Shown: in pieces, positions 26,151 through 35,965 of the stretch | Position numbering within the stretch: the first letter of the stretch is position 1 | Layout of the letters: the number at the start of each line of letters is the position of its first letter | Origin: Candidatus Sericytochromatia bacterium | Lineage (GTDB): Bacteria > Cyanobacteriota > Sericytochromatia > S15B-MN24 > UBA4093 | Assembly: GCA_036676495.1 (NCBI GenBank) | Contig: JAKFCT010000059.1 | Span: 39,476-103,475 of the forward strand | Length of the DNA: 64,000 nt | Direction of reading: 5' to 3' | Made by a program: the position numbers and the translations under genes | The notes under the pieces: model-generated | What the model saw: only the letters and a program-made list of their open reading frames with translations | What the model was told of the DNA's origin: nothing | Databases searched by the model: none

Positions 26151-26936
26151 ATGTCCTTGCCCGTCACCCTCGACATTTCGGGGCCCATCGCCACGCTGAC
26201 GCTCAACCGTCCCGACAAGCTCAACGCCTTGACCCATGAGATGGGAGATCGGGTGGTCGAGGCGGTCCGGACGTTGAACGCGAACCGCGACGTGCGGGTC
26301 CTGGTGGTGAGGGGGGCGGGTCGGGCCTTCTCGGCGGGAGGGGATCTCGACTGGCTGCTTGAGAACTCCCGCCGGAGTGAGGCGGAGAACCGGCAAGGCA
26401 TGGAGGCGTTCTACCGGAAGTTCCTGTCGCTGCGCGAATTAGAGGTGCCGGCGATCGCCATGGTGCATGGCCGCGCCACCGGGGCGGGCTTCTGCTTTGC
26501 CCTGGGTTGCGACCTGCGCGTTGCTTCCCATGACGCCATCTTCTCGGCGAACTTCGTCCGGGTCGGCCTCAACCCCGGCATGGGCGGCTCATATAGCTTG
26601 ACCCAGAGCCTCGGGCCGGCCCTTGCGAGCGAGCTGATCCTCACGGGCCGGGAGGTCTTCGCGGACGAGGCGCTCTCGCTGGGGCTGATTGCGCGGATGG
26701 TCACGCCCGAGGAGCTGGAGGCGACCACGTACGCCTTGGCGCAGCAGATTGCCGCCAACGCGCCGATTGCCATCCGGCACGCGAAGGCGGCCTTGCGCTT
26801 GGCCCAGACGGAAGAGCTCGGCGTCGTGCTCGAGCGCGAGGCGGGAGGCCAGGCCGAGTGTTTCGCCTCCCAGGATCTGCTCGAAGGGGTCGAAGCAGCC
26901 CGGGGGCGCCGGGCCCCGGTGTTCAAGGGCCGCTAA
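26151..26936 (+). CDS. Enoyl-CoA hydratase/isomerase family protein
   Basis: LNRPDKLNAL, AFSAGGDL, ALGCDLR, PGMGGS. Confidence 0.92.
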   Translation: MSLPVTLDISGPIATLTLNRPDKLNALTHEMGDRVVEAVRTLNANRDVRVLVVRGAGRAFSAGGDLDWLLENSRRSEAENRQGMEAFYRKFLSLRELEVPAIAMVHGRATGAGFCFALGCDLRVASHDAIFSANFVRVGLNPGMGGSYSLTQSLGPALASELILTGREVFADEALSLGLIARMVTPEELEATTYALAQQIAANAPIAIRHAKAALRLAQTEELGVVLEREAGGQAECFASQDLLEGVEAARGRRAPVFKGR

Positions 26937-26937
26937 T

Positions 26938-26967
26938 AAAAGGCGCCCCCCTCGGGGGGCGCCTTTT
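26938..26967. terminator. Bidirectional intrinsic terminator
   Basis: AAAAGGCGCCCCCC-TC-GGGGGGCGCCTTTT. Confidence 0.85.
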
Positions 26968-26981
26968 CTCAAGCGTGGGGC

Positions 26982-28565
26982 TTAGGGAGCATAATCCAGG
27001 AACTTGACCGAGGGGTTCTTCTCGACCTCCCAGTTGAGCGACCATTCGTCCCGGAAGAGCACCGTGGGGTTGCCATCACGGTCCTCGACCAGCAGGGAGC
27101 CGCCGTACTTCCCGAAGGCCTTGGGATCGTAGTCTCCACCGAGCCAGCGGGCGAGTTCGTAGGGTAGGCGGTCGAGCACGATGTCGACGCCGTACTCTTG
27201 CTTGAGGCGGTGGCTGAGCACGTCGAACTGCAGCACGCCGACGGCTCCGAGGATGGGCTCCATGTCGCCGACGCCGGGCTTGTAGAAGATCTGCACCGCT
27301 CCTTCTTCGAGAAGCTGGTCGAGTCCCTTCTTGAGCTGCTTGCGCTTGGAGGGATCCTTGAGCCGCAGGGCGCTGAAGTGCTCGGGGGCGAAGCGTGGAA
27401 TCCCCTCGAAGCGGAAGGTGCCGCTCTCGGTGAGGGTGTCTCCGATGCGGAAGTTGCCCGAGTCGTAGAGGCCGACGATGTCGCCGGGGTAGGCGGTCTC
27501 GATCTCGGCGCGGTCCGCCGCCAGGAACTGGTGGGACTTGCCCAGCCGGACGGTGCGTCCGGCCCGGGTGTTCGAGACCGTCATGCCCTTGTTGAAGACG
27601 CCGGAGCAGATGCGCATGAAGGCGATGCAGTCGCGATGCGCGGGGTTCATGTTGGCCTGGATCTTGAAGACGAAGGCCGAGAAGCGCTCTTCGCTCGGAT
27701 CCACCGTTCCGTCGGTGGATTGGCGCGGGGAGGGCGGGGGCGCGATACGCACGAACGCGTCCAGGAAGGGCTGAACTCCGAAGTTGGTCATGGCCGAGCC
27801 GAAGAACATGGGGGTGAGTTCCCCGCGCAGGACCCGGTCCAGGTCGAAGGCGTCGCCGGCGAGGTCCAGCATCTCGATGTCGTCGAGCAGCTGCTGGTGG
27901 AAATGGTCGCCCAGGATCTCGCGGATGCCGGGGTCGGCGAGCGGAATTCGGCGGAGGGCGCCTTCGCGGGTGCCGTGGTCCGTGCCCTCGAAGAGGATGA
28001 CTTCTTCATGCTTGCGGTCGTAGACGCCCTTGAATTCCTTGCCCTGGCCGATCGGCCAGTTCATGGGGCAGGAGCGGATGCCCAGCACCTTTTCGAGCTC
28101 GTCCATGAGGTCGAGGGGTTCGCGGCCGAAGCGATCGAGCTTGTTGACGAAGGTGAAGATGGGGATCTGCCGCATCCGGCAGACGTGAAAGAGCTTCTTG
28201 GTCTGGGCCTCGACGCCCTTTGCCGAGTCGATCAGCATGACGGCCGCGTCGACGGCGGTCAGGGTCCGGTAGGTGTCCTCCGAGAAGTCTTCGTGGCCGG
28301 GAGTGTCGAGCAGGTTGATCTGGAACCCCTCGTAGGGGAACTGCAGCACGCTCGAGGTGATGGAGATGCCGCGCTGGCGCTCCAGCTCCATCCAGTCGGA
28401 GGTGGCGTGGCGTTGCGCGCGCCGGGCCTTGACCGAGCCGGCCATGTGAATGGCTCCGCCGTACAGCAGGAGCTTCTCGGTGAGGGTGGTTTTGCCGGCG
28501 TCGGGGTGGGCGATGATGGCAAAGGTGCGGCGGCGTTTGACTTCAGCGTCGATCGTGGCGTTCAA
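26982..28565 (-). CDS. prfC: Peptide chain release factor 3
   Basis: RRRTFAIIAHPDAGKTTLTEKLLL, SDWMELERQRGISIT, DTPGHEDFSEDTYR, KIQANMNPAHRD. Confidence 0.97.
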   Translation of the reverse strand: MNATIDAEVKRRRTFAIIAHPDAGKTTLTEKLLLYGGAIHMAGSVKARRAQRHATSDWMELERQRGISITSSVLQFPYEGFQINLLDTPGHEDFSEDTYRTLTAVDAAVMLIDSAKGVEAQTKKLFHVCRMRQIPIFTFVNKLDRFGREPLDLMDELEKVLGIRSCPMNWPIGQGKEFKGVYDRKHEEVILFEGTDHGTREGALRRIPLADPGIREILGDHFHQQLLDDIEMLDLAGDAFDLDRVLRGELTPMFFGSAMTNFGVQPFLDAFVRIAPPPSPRQSTDGTVDPSEERFSAFVFKIQANMNPAHRDCIAFMRICSGVFNKGMTVSNTRAGRTVRLGKSHQFLAADRAEIETAYPGDIVGLYDSGNFRIGDTLTESGTFRFEGIPRFAPEHFSALRLKDPSKRKQLKKGLDQLLEEGAVQIFYKPGVGDMEPILGAVGVLQFDVLSHRLKQEYGVDIVLDRLPYELARWLGGDYDPKAFGKYGGSLLVEDRDGNPTVLFRDEWSLNWEVEKNPSVKFLDYAP

Positions 28566-28679
28566 CCATGACTCCTTTCGGCAGAATCTTCACCCTACCA
28601 CAGGATTAGCGCCTGCGGCTATCGCGGAGCGCCTGCGGCTCAACATTCGGAACGCGAAGCGGACCTGAAGCGACGCGTG

Positions 28680-29219
28680 CTAGTGACGCCGGTAGTAGTC
28701 CATGATGACGCGCGAGTAGCGGCTGCGGGTGATGCCGCGGCTGGTGACGGCGCGGGGGCCCATGTTGTAGGCCACCAGGGTGCGATGCCGCAGGGCCTCC
28801 GCTCCGAGCTTGGGGTAACGCTTGCGCATTTCACGGCGGTAATAGGCATAGATGCGGCAGCCGAGGTCGATGTTGGTGGCGGGATCGAACCACTTCGACT
28901 TGGGGATCCGGCGGTTCTTGAAGTGGACGGGCATGACCTGCATGAGGCCGATGGCGCCGGCGCTGGAGACTTCCTTGATGTTGAAGTAGCTTTCGACGCG
29001 CATGATGTCGGTGACGAGCATCGGCTGGAGGCCATGGCGCTTGGACGATTTGAGGATGAGGGGGGTGAGGCGCTTGGCCGTCGACGTTCCCTTGAGCTTC
29101 GCGATGTACGCGTAGACCTGACTATAGTCGGAAGTCGGTTGGGCCAGAGCGGGCTGGGGCGGGGCGACGAAGCAGAGCGTGAGCGCCAGCACGAGCATGA
29201 ACCGTGTCAATAAAACCAT
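28680..29219 (-). CDS. Exported SLT-domain lytic transglycosylase
   Basis: Signal peptide; MRVES, SSAGAIGLMQVMP, AYNMG. Confidence 0.9.
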   Translation of the reverse strand: MVLLTRFMLVLALTLCFVAPPQPALAQPTSDYSQVYAYIAKLKGTSTAKRLTPLILKSSKRHGLQPMLVTDIMRVESYFNIKEVSSAGAIGLMQVMPVHFKNRRIPKSKWFDPATNIDLGCRIYAYYRREMRKRYPKLGAEALRHRTLVAYNMGPRAVTSRGITRSRYSRVIMDYYRRH

Positions 29220-29377
29220 TAGACCATCACAGAGACGAGACACGAGGAGCAAAACCGCCCCCCTTGATTTGGGTACCGTTAAGGATTTACCCCGTCTCTT
29301 GGCCGTTCGTCAAGTTTTCAGAAGCTAGAAAGGCGCATCCAGCGAGGCTTACAGCCCGCTGGATGCGCTGAAATCGC

Positions 29378-29845
29378 CTAGGGAGCCGCTTCGTGAAGAA
29401 TGTTAGCGTATTCCACCGTGGTCTTGCGGAGCCTGAGGGCGAGGAGCCGGTTGAGCTTCTTGAGCAGCTTGATGGCAATCTGGGGGTCGACTTCGCAGAG
29501 CGTCTCGAAGTCGGAGTAGAAGAGGCCGATGCCGGCGGAGTCCTTCTCGGCGATCGCGGTGGCGGAGCGCAGGGAGCGCTCGAGGAAACCCATTTCGCCG
29601 AGGATGGAGCGATCGCCGACGGAGGCGATTTCCTTGTACTGCCGGTTCTTGTCTTTCTTGAAGATCTTGATGTCGCCGACGAGGATGAAGTAAAGCGCCT
29701 GGCAAGGCTCGCCCTCCGCGAAGAGGGTCTCGCCCCGGTGCCATTCCTTGGGGTGGAAGAGGCTGGCCAGGACGTCGACCTCCCGCGTGGTGAGGTCGGA
29801 GAAGATGGGGAGCTTATCGATGGCTTGCTTGATGGCTTCGGTCAC
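29378..29845 (-). CDS. Cyclic-nucleotide-binding domain protein
   Basis: LFAEGE, ILGEMGFL, RSATAIA; no HTH. Confidence 0.88.
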   Translation of the reverse strand: MTEAIKQAIDKLPIFSDLTTREVDVLASLFHPKEWHRGETLFAEGEPCQALYFILVGDIKIFKKDKNRQYKEIASVGDRSILGEMGFLERSLRSATAIAEKDSAGIGLFYSDFETLCEVDPQIAIKLLKKLNRLLALRLRKTTVEYANILHEAAP

Positions 29846-29867
29846 GTGTCCCTCCTCTGAGTCAGGG

Positions 29868-30677
29868 CTATTGTTCCCCTGCTCCCCGAGGGCCTAACCG
29901 ATCGTCCCAGGAGAACTCGGCCCAGAGCCCGAAGTGATCCGAGACGAAGCCCGCGGCGGGATCGTTGAATAGCAGCCGGGCATCAAGGACCTGGGCATGG
30001 CGATCGACGAAAAGGTAGTCGAGGCGCCGACTAGGCAGAGGGTAGTTGCCGGTGAGGGGGTTGGTATGGGACCAGGTATGCCCCGGGTCATCGAGGGAAG
30101 CCGCGAGCCAGGCATCCTGCAGGTGTGCATGCAGCCCGGCGATGCCGGGATCCTCGGGCGGAGCATTGAGGTCTCCGGCCAGGATGAAGCGTTCGGACGT
30201 CTCGAGCCAGCCGTAGTCCCGGGCGCGCGCGAGGATGGTGTCGAGCTGCTGCTGGCGCTGCGGGGCTTCCTCGGGGGGCCAGGAGAGGTGGGTCACGGCC
30301 AGGTGCAGCTTTTGCTCCGGCGGCATGACGGTAGCGAGCAGCGCGACCCGGTTGTCGGGAAAGCGGAGGCCCGGAGGAAGCCGGCGGTTCTCGTTGAGCA
30401 GCAGCGGCCAGCGGGCCAGGAGCGCCACTCCGCCTTGCTCGGGGCTATGGACCTCGGCGGGGTTGCCGTAGGGGGCATAGGAGAGCGAGACCATGGAGAG
30501 CGCGTGACAAAGGTCGAGCGCCTGGTGGTAGAAGGGCTCCGCGACGATGCCCACCTCCTGGAGGGCGATCACGTCGGGCGAAAGGCCGGCGAGCTGCGAG
30601 AGCAGCAAGGCGCGCCTTTGCGGGTGCCAGTCCGTTTCCAGACCCTTGAGGTTGAGCGTGAGGATCGTGACCTTCAT
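29868..30677 (-). CDS. Endonuclease/exonuclease/phosphatase family protein
   Basis: TLNL, DVIALQEV, THL, AGDLN, RLDYLF, SDH. Confidence 0.9.
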   Translation of the reverse strand: MKVTILTLNLKGLETDWHPQRRALLLSQLAGLSPDVIALQEVGIVAEPFYHQALDLCHALSMVSLSYAPYGNPAEVHSPEQGGVALLARWPLLLNENRRLPPGLRFPDNRVALLATVMPPEQKLHLAVTHLSWPPEEAPQRQQQLDTILARARDYGWLETSERFILAGDLNAPPEDPGIAGLHAHLQDAWLAASLDDPGHTWSHTNPLTGNYPLPSRRLDYLFVDRHAQVLDARLLFNDPAAGFVSDHFGLWAEFSWDDRLGPRGAGEQ

Positions 30678-30777
30678 GCCCCGAGTCTAGTGCCGAACCC
30701 CCGCGGAGAGTAGGGTCAGGCGAGCCAAATCCGGCTATACTGGAGGGATGTCCCCGCTTAGAGAGGAGATCCCCACA

Positions 30778-31230
30778 GTGAAACCGATGAAACGGAACGC
30801 ATGGGTGGCGGCGCTCGTCCTGGCCCTCGCCATGACGGGATGCCAGAAGGAGGCGTCCAGCGCCGACGGATCGCAAGCTGAGAAAGGAAGCACCGACGTG
30901 GCCACTAGCAACCTCAAGATCGAAGACCTTCAGGTCGGATCCGGCGACTCGCCCAAGGCGGGAGACGTGGTTTCCGTCCACTACACCGGCTGGCTGGAGA
31001 ACGGGACCAAGTTCGATTCCTCCGTGGATCGCGGCGAGCCCTTCGAGTTCGTGATCGGTCAGGGCCAGGTGATCAAGGGCTGGGACGAAGGCGTCATGAC
31101 GATGAAGGAAGGCGGGAAGCGCCGCCTGACGATTCCGCCCGAGCTGGGCTATGGCGCGCGCGGCGCCGGCGGCGTGATCCCCCCCAACGCGACCCTGATC
31201 TTCGAGGTGGAGCTGCTGGACGTCAAGTAA
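30778..31230 (+). CDS. FKBP-type peptidyl-prolyl isomerase, lipoprotein
   Basis: Lipobox MTGC; [34 protein letters not shown]. Confidence 0.95.
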   Translation: MKPMKRNAWVAALVLALAMTGCQKEASSADGSQAEKGSTDVATSNLKIEDLQVGSGDSPKAGDVVSVHYTGWLENGTKFDSSVDRGEPFEFVIGQGQVIKGWDEGVMTMKEGGKRRLTIPPELGYGARGAGGVIPPNATLIFEVELLDVK

Positions 31231-31355
31231 GCCTCCGAGCAAGCCTCGTTTGGCGCCCCGCGCGCCAAACCGCCCCCGCTTCGTCAGTCACGCCGATCCT
31301 CTCCGGAGGGTCGGCGTGATACCATAGAGGGGGCTGTAAGGCCCAGGAGGTGAGC

Positions 31356-31622
31356 ATGAAGCGCGTCGAAGAGATGGAGACCGCGGATGCCGTGCGGGAG
31401 TTGCTCGCGCGCGCCCAGGAGATCTGTGGCAGCCAGGTGCAAGTCAGCCGGGTCGAGTTCCGCAACCAGGGCTGGGAAGGCATCTTGAGCGGGGACGTTC
31501 CGGAAGGCATGCATGCCTACTTGTACAACGGCCCTTCGGGGCAGCTGGTTTTCGAGACCCGCGAGGAGCCGGGGACCGTGAGCGAGGACCAGGTGCGCCG
31601 TTACGAGGAGCCGCGCCACTAG
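31356..31622 (+). CDS. Hypothetical protein (88 aa)
   Basis: RBS AGGAGG; acidic small protein. Confidence 0.65.
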   Translation: MKRVEEMETADAVRELLARAQEICGSQVQVSRVEFRNQGWEGILSGDVPEGMHAYLYNGPSGQLVFETREEPGTVSEDQVRRYEEPRH

Positions 31623-31638
31623 CGCAAAGGAGCCCCCC

Positions 31639-32778
31639 ATTCGCGTCGCCCTGATCTACCTCGCCATCCTCGCCGGCTTCTTGAACCTCTTCTTGCAGGT
31701 TCCCTTGACCCCGGTCTACGCCCGCCAGCTGACCTCGGACCTGGGCTGGGTGGCCCTCGCCGTCTCGGCTTACTCGGTTACCAACCTGGCAGGGAACCTG
31801 TTGGCAGGCTTCCTCATCGATCGGGCCCCGAAAGGCCTCGCCATCGCCGGAGGGCTCGCCCTGGGAGGCCTGGCACTCGTCCTGACGGCCGGATCCTCGA
31901 CGGTCTTCGGCCTGATTGGCTGCCTGATGCTCAACGGAGCCGCCCTTTCGGTCGTGACCCCCGCCGCCTTCGCCCTCCTCAGCCAGACCCTTCCCGACGA
32001 CTCCAAGGCCGCCGGCATGGCCCGCTCCGGCGCCGCCATCGGACTCGCCGCCATGATCGGCCCCCCGGTCGGCGGCCTGCTCGCCGATCGACTCGGCTAC
32101 GCGCATGCCTACCTCGCCATCGGCCTCTTCCTCATGGCCGTGGCCGCGATCGCCGCTCTCCTCCTCCGCCGCAGCTCCCCCGTCCCTCCGGAACCCACCG
32201 GCTGGGCCGACTTCTGGACGTTGCTCACCGAGAGAAAGCTATCGATAGCCTACCTGGGTGCCTTCACGCTGATGTTCGCCAACGGCAGCCTGGTCTTCGC
32301 CCTTCCCCCGACCATCAAGGACCTCGGACTCCCCAGCGTCATGCTCGGAGCCCTCTTCAGCACCTTCGCCCTCAGCGCCATGGTCATCTTCCTCTCTCCC
32401 CTGGGCACCCTCCCCAAGCGCTGGGGAGCCGCCCGGACCCTGGCCGCCGGATCCACCCTCCTGGCCATCGGGGTCGGAGCGATCGCCTCCCTCTCCGCGC
32501 TGCCCGCCCTCTTCGCCGCGCTCGCCATCTACGGCCTGGGCTTCGGTTTGCTCTTCCCGTCCGCCATCGCGGCCCTGGTGGCACAAGTCCCCGACGGCCA
32601 GCGCGGGACCGGCTTCGGTATCTTCTACGCGGTCTTCTCGCTGGGGGCGATCGTCGGCCCCCTCGTGCTCTCGAGGGCTTCGGACCTGGGGCTGTCGCCG
32701 TTCCACCTCGCGGCCGTCGTCCCGGCCCTGCTCGCCCTCGGCGTGGCGATGCGATCCCGCACCCTACGACACGTCTGA
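31639..32778 (+). CDS. MFS transporter (probable ATT start at 31639)
   Basis: Motif A AGFLIDRAPK, IGPPVGGLLADRLG, QRGTGFG; first TM lies upstream of the listed TTG 31681. Confidence 0.85.
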   Translation: MRVALIYLAILAGFLNLFLQVPLTPVYARQLTSDLGWVALAVSAYSVTNLAGNLLAGFLIDRAPKGLAIAGGLALGGLALVLTAGSSTVFGLIGCLMLNGAALSVVTPAAFALLSQTLPDDSKAAGMARSGAAIGLAAMIGPPVGGLLADRLGYAHAYLAIGLFLMAVAAIAALLLRRSSPVPPEPTGWADFWTLLTERKLSIAYLGAFTLMFANGSLVFALPPTIKDLGLPSVMLGALFSTFALSAMVIFLSPLGTLPKRWGAARTLAAGSTLLAIGVGAIASLSALPALFAALAIYGLGFGLLFPSAIAALVAQVPDGQRGTGFGIFYAVFSLGAIVGPLVLSRASDLGLSPFHLAAVVPALLALGVAMRSRTLRHV

Positions 32779-32786
32779 ATGAAGCC

Positions 32787-32820
32787 AAACGCCCCTCCGT
32801 CGCGCGACGGAGGGGCGTTT
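32787..32820. terminator. Bidirectional intrinsic terminator
   Basis: AAACGCCCCTCCGTCGC|GCGACGGAGGGGCGTTT. Confidence 0.85.
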
Positions 32821-32837
32821 GAAGTAAGTACGGTGGC

Positions 32838-33281
32838 CTAGTCGACCCAGAGGGAGCCGAGGTAGCGAATCTCGTTCTGGAAGCCCGTCCGGTATGCCTG
32901 GACCAGCTCCGAGGCGATCGCCGGGTAGAGGGTGAGCCCCTCGAGCGTATCCACCGGGTGAAAGGCCGCCTCCTCGATGACGTCGCCCTCGGGGATCGCG
33001 AGCGTGCCGCCTTCCAGGCGGGCGAGCATGAAGACGTTGAGGACATGCCGGCTGCCGCGGGGACAGATGGCCTCGGAAATGTAGAGCATGCGCTCGGCCT
33101 TGATCTGAAGGCCCGTTTCCTCCTGCACCTCGCGCTCGGCGCAGCCGGCGAAGGTCTCGCCGAAGTCGAGCCCACCGCCGGGAAGCATCCAGTAGGTCTT
33201 CTCTCCCTTGCGGTGGCGTACGAGCAGGATCTGATCGTCGTGGGGGATCACCACGCCGACCCGGACACGGGGCTGGGTCAT
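32838..33281 (-). CDS. Nudix hydrolase
   Basis: WMLPGGGLDFGETFAGCAEREVQEETGL Nudix box; ATG overlaps upstream stop. Confidence 0.9.
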   Translation of the reverse strand: MTQPRVRVGVVIPHDDQILLVRHRKGEKTYWMLPGGGLDFGETFAGCAEREVQEETGLQIKAERMLYISEAICPRGSRHVLNVFMLARLEGGTLAIPEGDVIEEAAFHPVDTLEGLTLYPAIASELVQAYRTGFQNEIRYLGSLWVD

Positions 33282-34525
33282 TCCTGAACCTCCTTCATGC
33301 GTTCGAGCACGGCTTCGAGGGCGATCCGGCAGTGGGAGTAGGTGAGGCCGCCTTGCAGGTAGGCCACGTACGGCTCGCGCAGCGGTCCATCGGCGGAGAG
33401 CTCGAGCGTGGAACCCTCGATGAAGGTGCCGCCGGCCATGACCACGTTGTCGGCGTAGCCGGGCACGATGTCGGGCTCGGGGCGCACGTAGGAGTTCACG
33501 GGGGACCATTCCTGGATGCCGCGGCAAAGGGCGACCAACTTCTTGGCGCTTCCCAGTTTCACGGCCTGGATGATATCGGTGCGAGGCGCGTCCCATGCCG
33601 GGTCCACGGGGTAGCCCAGGTCATGAAAGAGGCGGGCGGCGAGGGTCGCGCCCTTCAGGGCCTCGGTGACCGTGTGGGGAGCGAGGAACAGGCCCTGGAA
33701 GAGCAGGCGATTGAGGTCGAGGCTGGCGCCTCCCTCGCGGCCGATGCCGGGGGCGGTGAGGCGGCAGGCGGCGCGGTGGACCAGGTCGGCCCGTCCGGCG
33801 ACGTAGCCGCCCATGGGGACGATGCCGCCGCCGGGGTTCTTGATAAGGGAGCCGGCGATCAGGTCGGCTCCGACCTCGGGGGGTTCTTGTCGCTCGGTGA
33901 ACTCGCCGTAGCAGTTGTCGACGAAGCAGATGATGTCCGGGCGCAGGGCCTTGACCTGGCGGATGATGGCGCCGATTTCCTCGATGCGCAGGGAGGGGCG
34001 CCAGTCGTAGCCGCGCGAGCGCTGGATGGTGATGACCTTGGTCTCCGGGCGCAGGGCGGAGGGGATGGCGTCCATGTCGACGCGTCCCTCGGGGGTGAGG
34101 GGGAGTTCGCGGTAGGTGACTCCCCACTCCATGAGGGAGCCTTGGTTTTCGCCGCGCAGGCCGATCACCTCTTCGAGGGTGTCGTAAGGGGCTCCGGCGA
34201 TGGAGAGCAGTTCGTCTCCGGGGCGGAGGGCTCCGAAGAGGGCGACGGCGAGGGCGTGGGTGCCCGAGGCGAATTGCTGGCGCACCAGGGCCGCTTCGGC
34301 TCCGACGATCTGGGCGAAGACGGCCTCCAGGGCCTCGCGGCCGAGGTCGCCGTGGCCGTAGCCGGTGGTGCCGGCGAAGTGCTGTTCGCCGATCTGGTGG
34401 TCCTTGAAGGCTTTGAGGACTTTCTTCTGGTTGAAGTGGCAGGTGGTATCGAGGTCGGCCCAGATCGGGGCGAGCGCGGCTTCGGCGGCGGCGATCGGGG
34501 CGGTTTGGACGGTCAGGCTGGCCAT
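33278..34525 (-). CDS. Methionine gamma-lyase-like PLP protein (YnbB/aluminium-resistance family)
   Basis: TGYGHGDLGRE, SGTHAL, QRSRGY, FVDNCYGEF, GSLIKNPGGG, ELSADGP. Confidence 0.92.
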   Translation of the reverse strand: MASLTVQTAPIAAAEAALAPIWADLDTTCHFNQKKVLKAFKDHQIGEQHFAGTTGYGHGDLGREALEAVFAQIVGAEAALVRQQFASGTHALAVALFGALRPGDELLSIAGAPYDTLEEVIGLRGENQGSLMEWGVTYRELPLTPEGRVDMDAIPSALRPETKVITIQRSRGYDWRPSLRIEEIGAIIRQVKALRPDIICFVDNCYGEFTERQEPPEVGADLIAGSLIKNPGGGIVPMGGYVAGRADLVHRAACRLTAPGIGREGGASLDLNRLLFQGLFLAPHTVTEALKGATLAARLFHDLGYPVDPAWDAPRTDIIQAVKLGSAKKLVALCRGIQEWSPVNSYVRPEPDIVPGYADNVVMAGGTFIEGSTLELSADGPLREPYVAYLQGGLTYSHCRIALEAVLERMKEVQE

Positions 34526-34823
34526 AGGGCGGGTGATGCTCCTCGTAGGTGGATGGGTTTCCTATTATATGCCCCGTTTCGCCCGGATCTAGCGACCGAG
34601 GGCTAGGCCCGGCCTGCGGGCAGGCGACAAATTCCCTTCCGAAAGCTTGTCAGAGGAGCGCCTACCCCCCTAGGCGTTGATCGGTTTAAGGTCAGGCTAG
34701 AGAGCCGCACGGCATGCGGGTGAGCGTGGGTTGCGCCGGTGAAACGGGCTGGACGTGTGTCTTGCCGGGATCGCCCGCGCGGATCGGTGGGGCTCGGGCC
34801 GCTTCAGGCGTGAGGAGGTAGTC

Positions 34824-35540
34824 ATGCCAAGGATGCGAGGGGGGATTTTTTGGGGGCTGTCATGCGCCCTGGCGCTGGGGGCATGTGCCCAGCCGCCGGG
34901 AGCGGAGTTGCAGCAAGCCGAGGGGGTGGCTGAGCGGGTGGCCGCGGAGGCCTTGAGCCAGGCCCAGCTGCCGGAGAACCCGGCGGATGAGTCGCTCGTG
35001 AGCTTGCCATCGGCGTTGCTTCAAGGCGATCTGGCGGCGGGTTACGGGACGCAACAGGTGCGGGCGTTGAGCCGCCAGTACCAGTACGTTCGGCAGGGTA
35101 ACCAGTTCTTTGCCTATCGTCGGGTCGGGGCTCGAAACGAGCCGGTGGTGATCCTGCAGCGCGGGCGGCCGTATCGGGTGGTCTACGTCTTCATCGCGCC
35201 GTACTACTACTACCGGTTGGTGCCGTTCTACGGGCAGTACACCTTCCCGGGGCAGAGGCAGGCGGTGGTGACGATCCAGAACTACTCCTACCGTCCGAGC
35301 GTCGTGCGGGTTCGCCAGGATGGGCGGGTGACCTGGGTGAACCAGGATCAGGTGGCGCATACGGCGACCTCGCCCTTGCCGGGTGGGGTGACGACCGAGG
35401 GGCCTTGGGATCTGGTCATGCAGCCGGGTCAGTCGGCCAGCCGGAGATTCTTGAGTCCGGGGCGCTTCGACTACTACTGCCGCTTCCATCCCCGCATGCG
35501 GGGCACGGTGGTGGTGGAGGCGGGCAACGTCACGCCGTGA
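34824..35540 (+). CDS. Lipoprotein with Tyr-rich segment and C-terminal cupredoxin domain
   Basis: Lipobox LGAC; AHTAT...YYCRFHPRMRG type-1 Cu ligands. Confidence 0.85.
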   Translation: MPRMRGGIFWGLSCALALGACAQPPGAELQQAEGVAERVAAEALSQAQLPENPADESLVSLPSALLQGDLAAGYGTQQVRALSRQYQYVRQGNQFFAYRRVGARNEPVVILQRGRPYRVVYVFIAPYYYYRLVPFYGQYTFPGQRQAVVTIQNYSYRPSVVRVRQDGRVTWVNQDQVAHTATSPLPGGVTTEGPWDLVMQPGQSASRRFLSPGRFDYYCRFHPRMRGTVVVEAGNVTP

Positions 35541-35550
35541 GGAGGGACGC

Positions 35551-35955
35551 GTGAGGCAAGGTTGGCAACTGGGGGTCCTTTGGGGGGTCTTGGCGGTTCT
35601 GGGGTGTCAGTCGTCGCTGACCGCTCCCCAGGCGGCGCCGGGGCATGACCACGGCGCGCCGGCGGACGCGGGAGCGCGTTCGGAGCCCAAGCCGCCCATG
35701 GCGGGGGTCTACGAGGTGGCGATTCGCAACTTCGTTTACGAGCCGGCCTCCGTGTCGATCCGGGTAGGGGAGTCGGTGCGGTGGACCAACTACGACGCCG
35801 CTCCCCATGACGCGGTGGCTTACACGGGGAGCTGGAAGACGCCGTTGCTCAAGGTGAACGAGTCGGCGAACCAGGTTTACAGCGAACCAGGGGTTTACCC
35901 CTACTATTGCACGGTTCACCCCGCAATGCGGGGGACAGTTGAAGTCCGTGAGTGA
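35551..35955 (+). CDS. Amicyanin/plastocyanin-like cupredoxin lipoprotein
   Basis: Lipobox VLGC; PHDAV...YYCTVHPAMRG. Confidence 0.88.
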   Translation: MRQGWQLGVLWGVLAVLGCQSSLTAPQAAPGHDHGAPADAGARSEPKPPMAGVYEVAIRNFVYEPASVSIRVGESVRWTNYDAAPHDAVAYTGSWKTPLLKVNESANQVYSEPGVYPYYCTVHPAMRGTVEVRE

Positions 35956-35965
35956 GGAGAATCGC

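Noticed and set aside
34530-34823. c-di-GMP or other riboswitch in the long leader of the cupredoxin operon
   Set aside because: Several GAAA-containing hairpins are possible but I cannot match a consensus; needs cmscan
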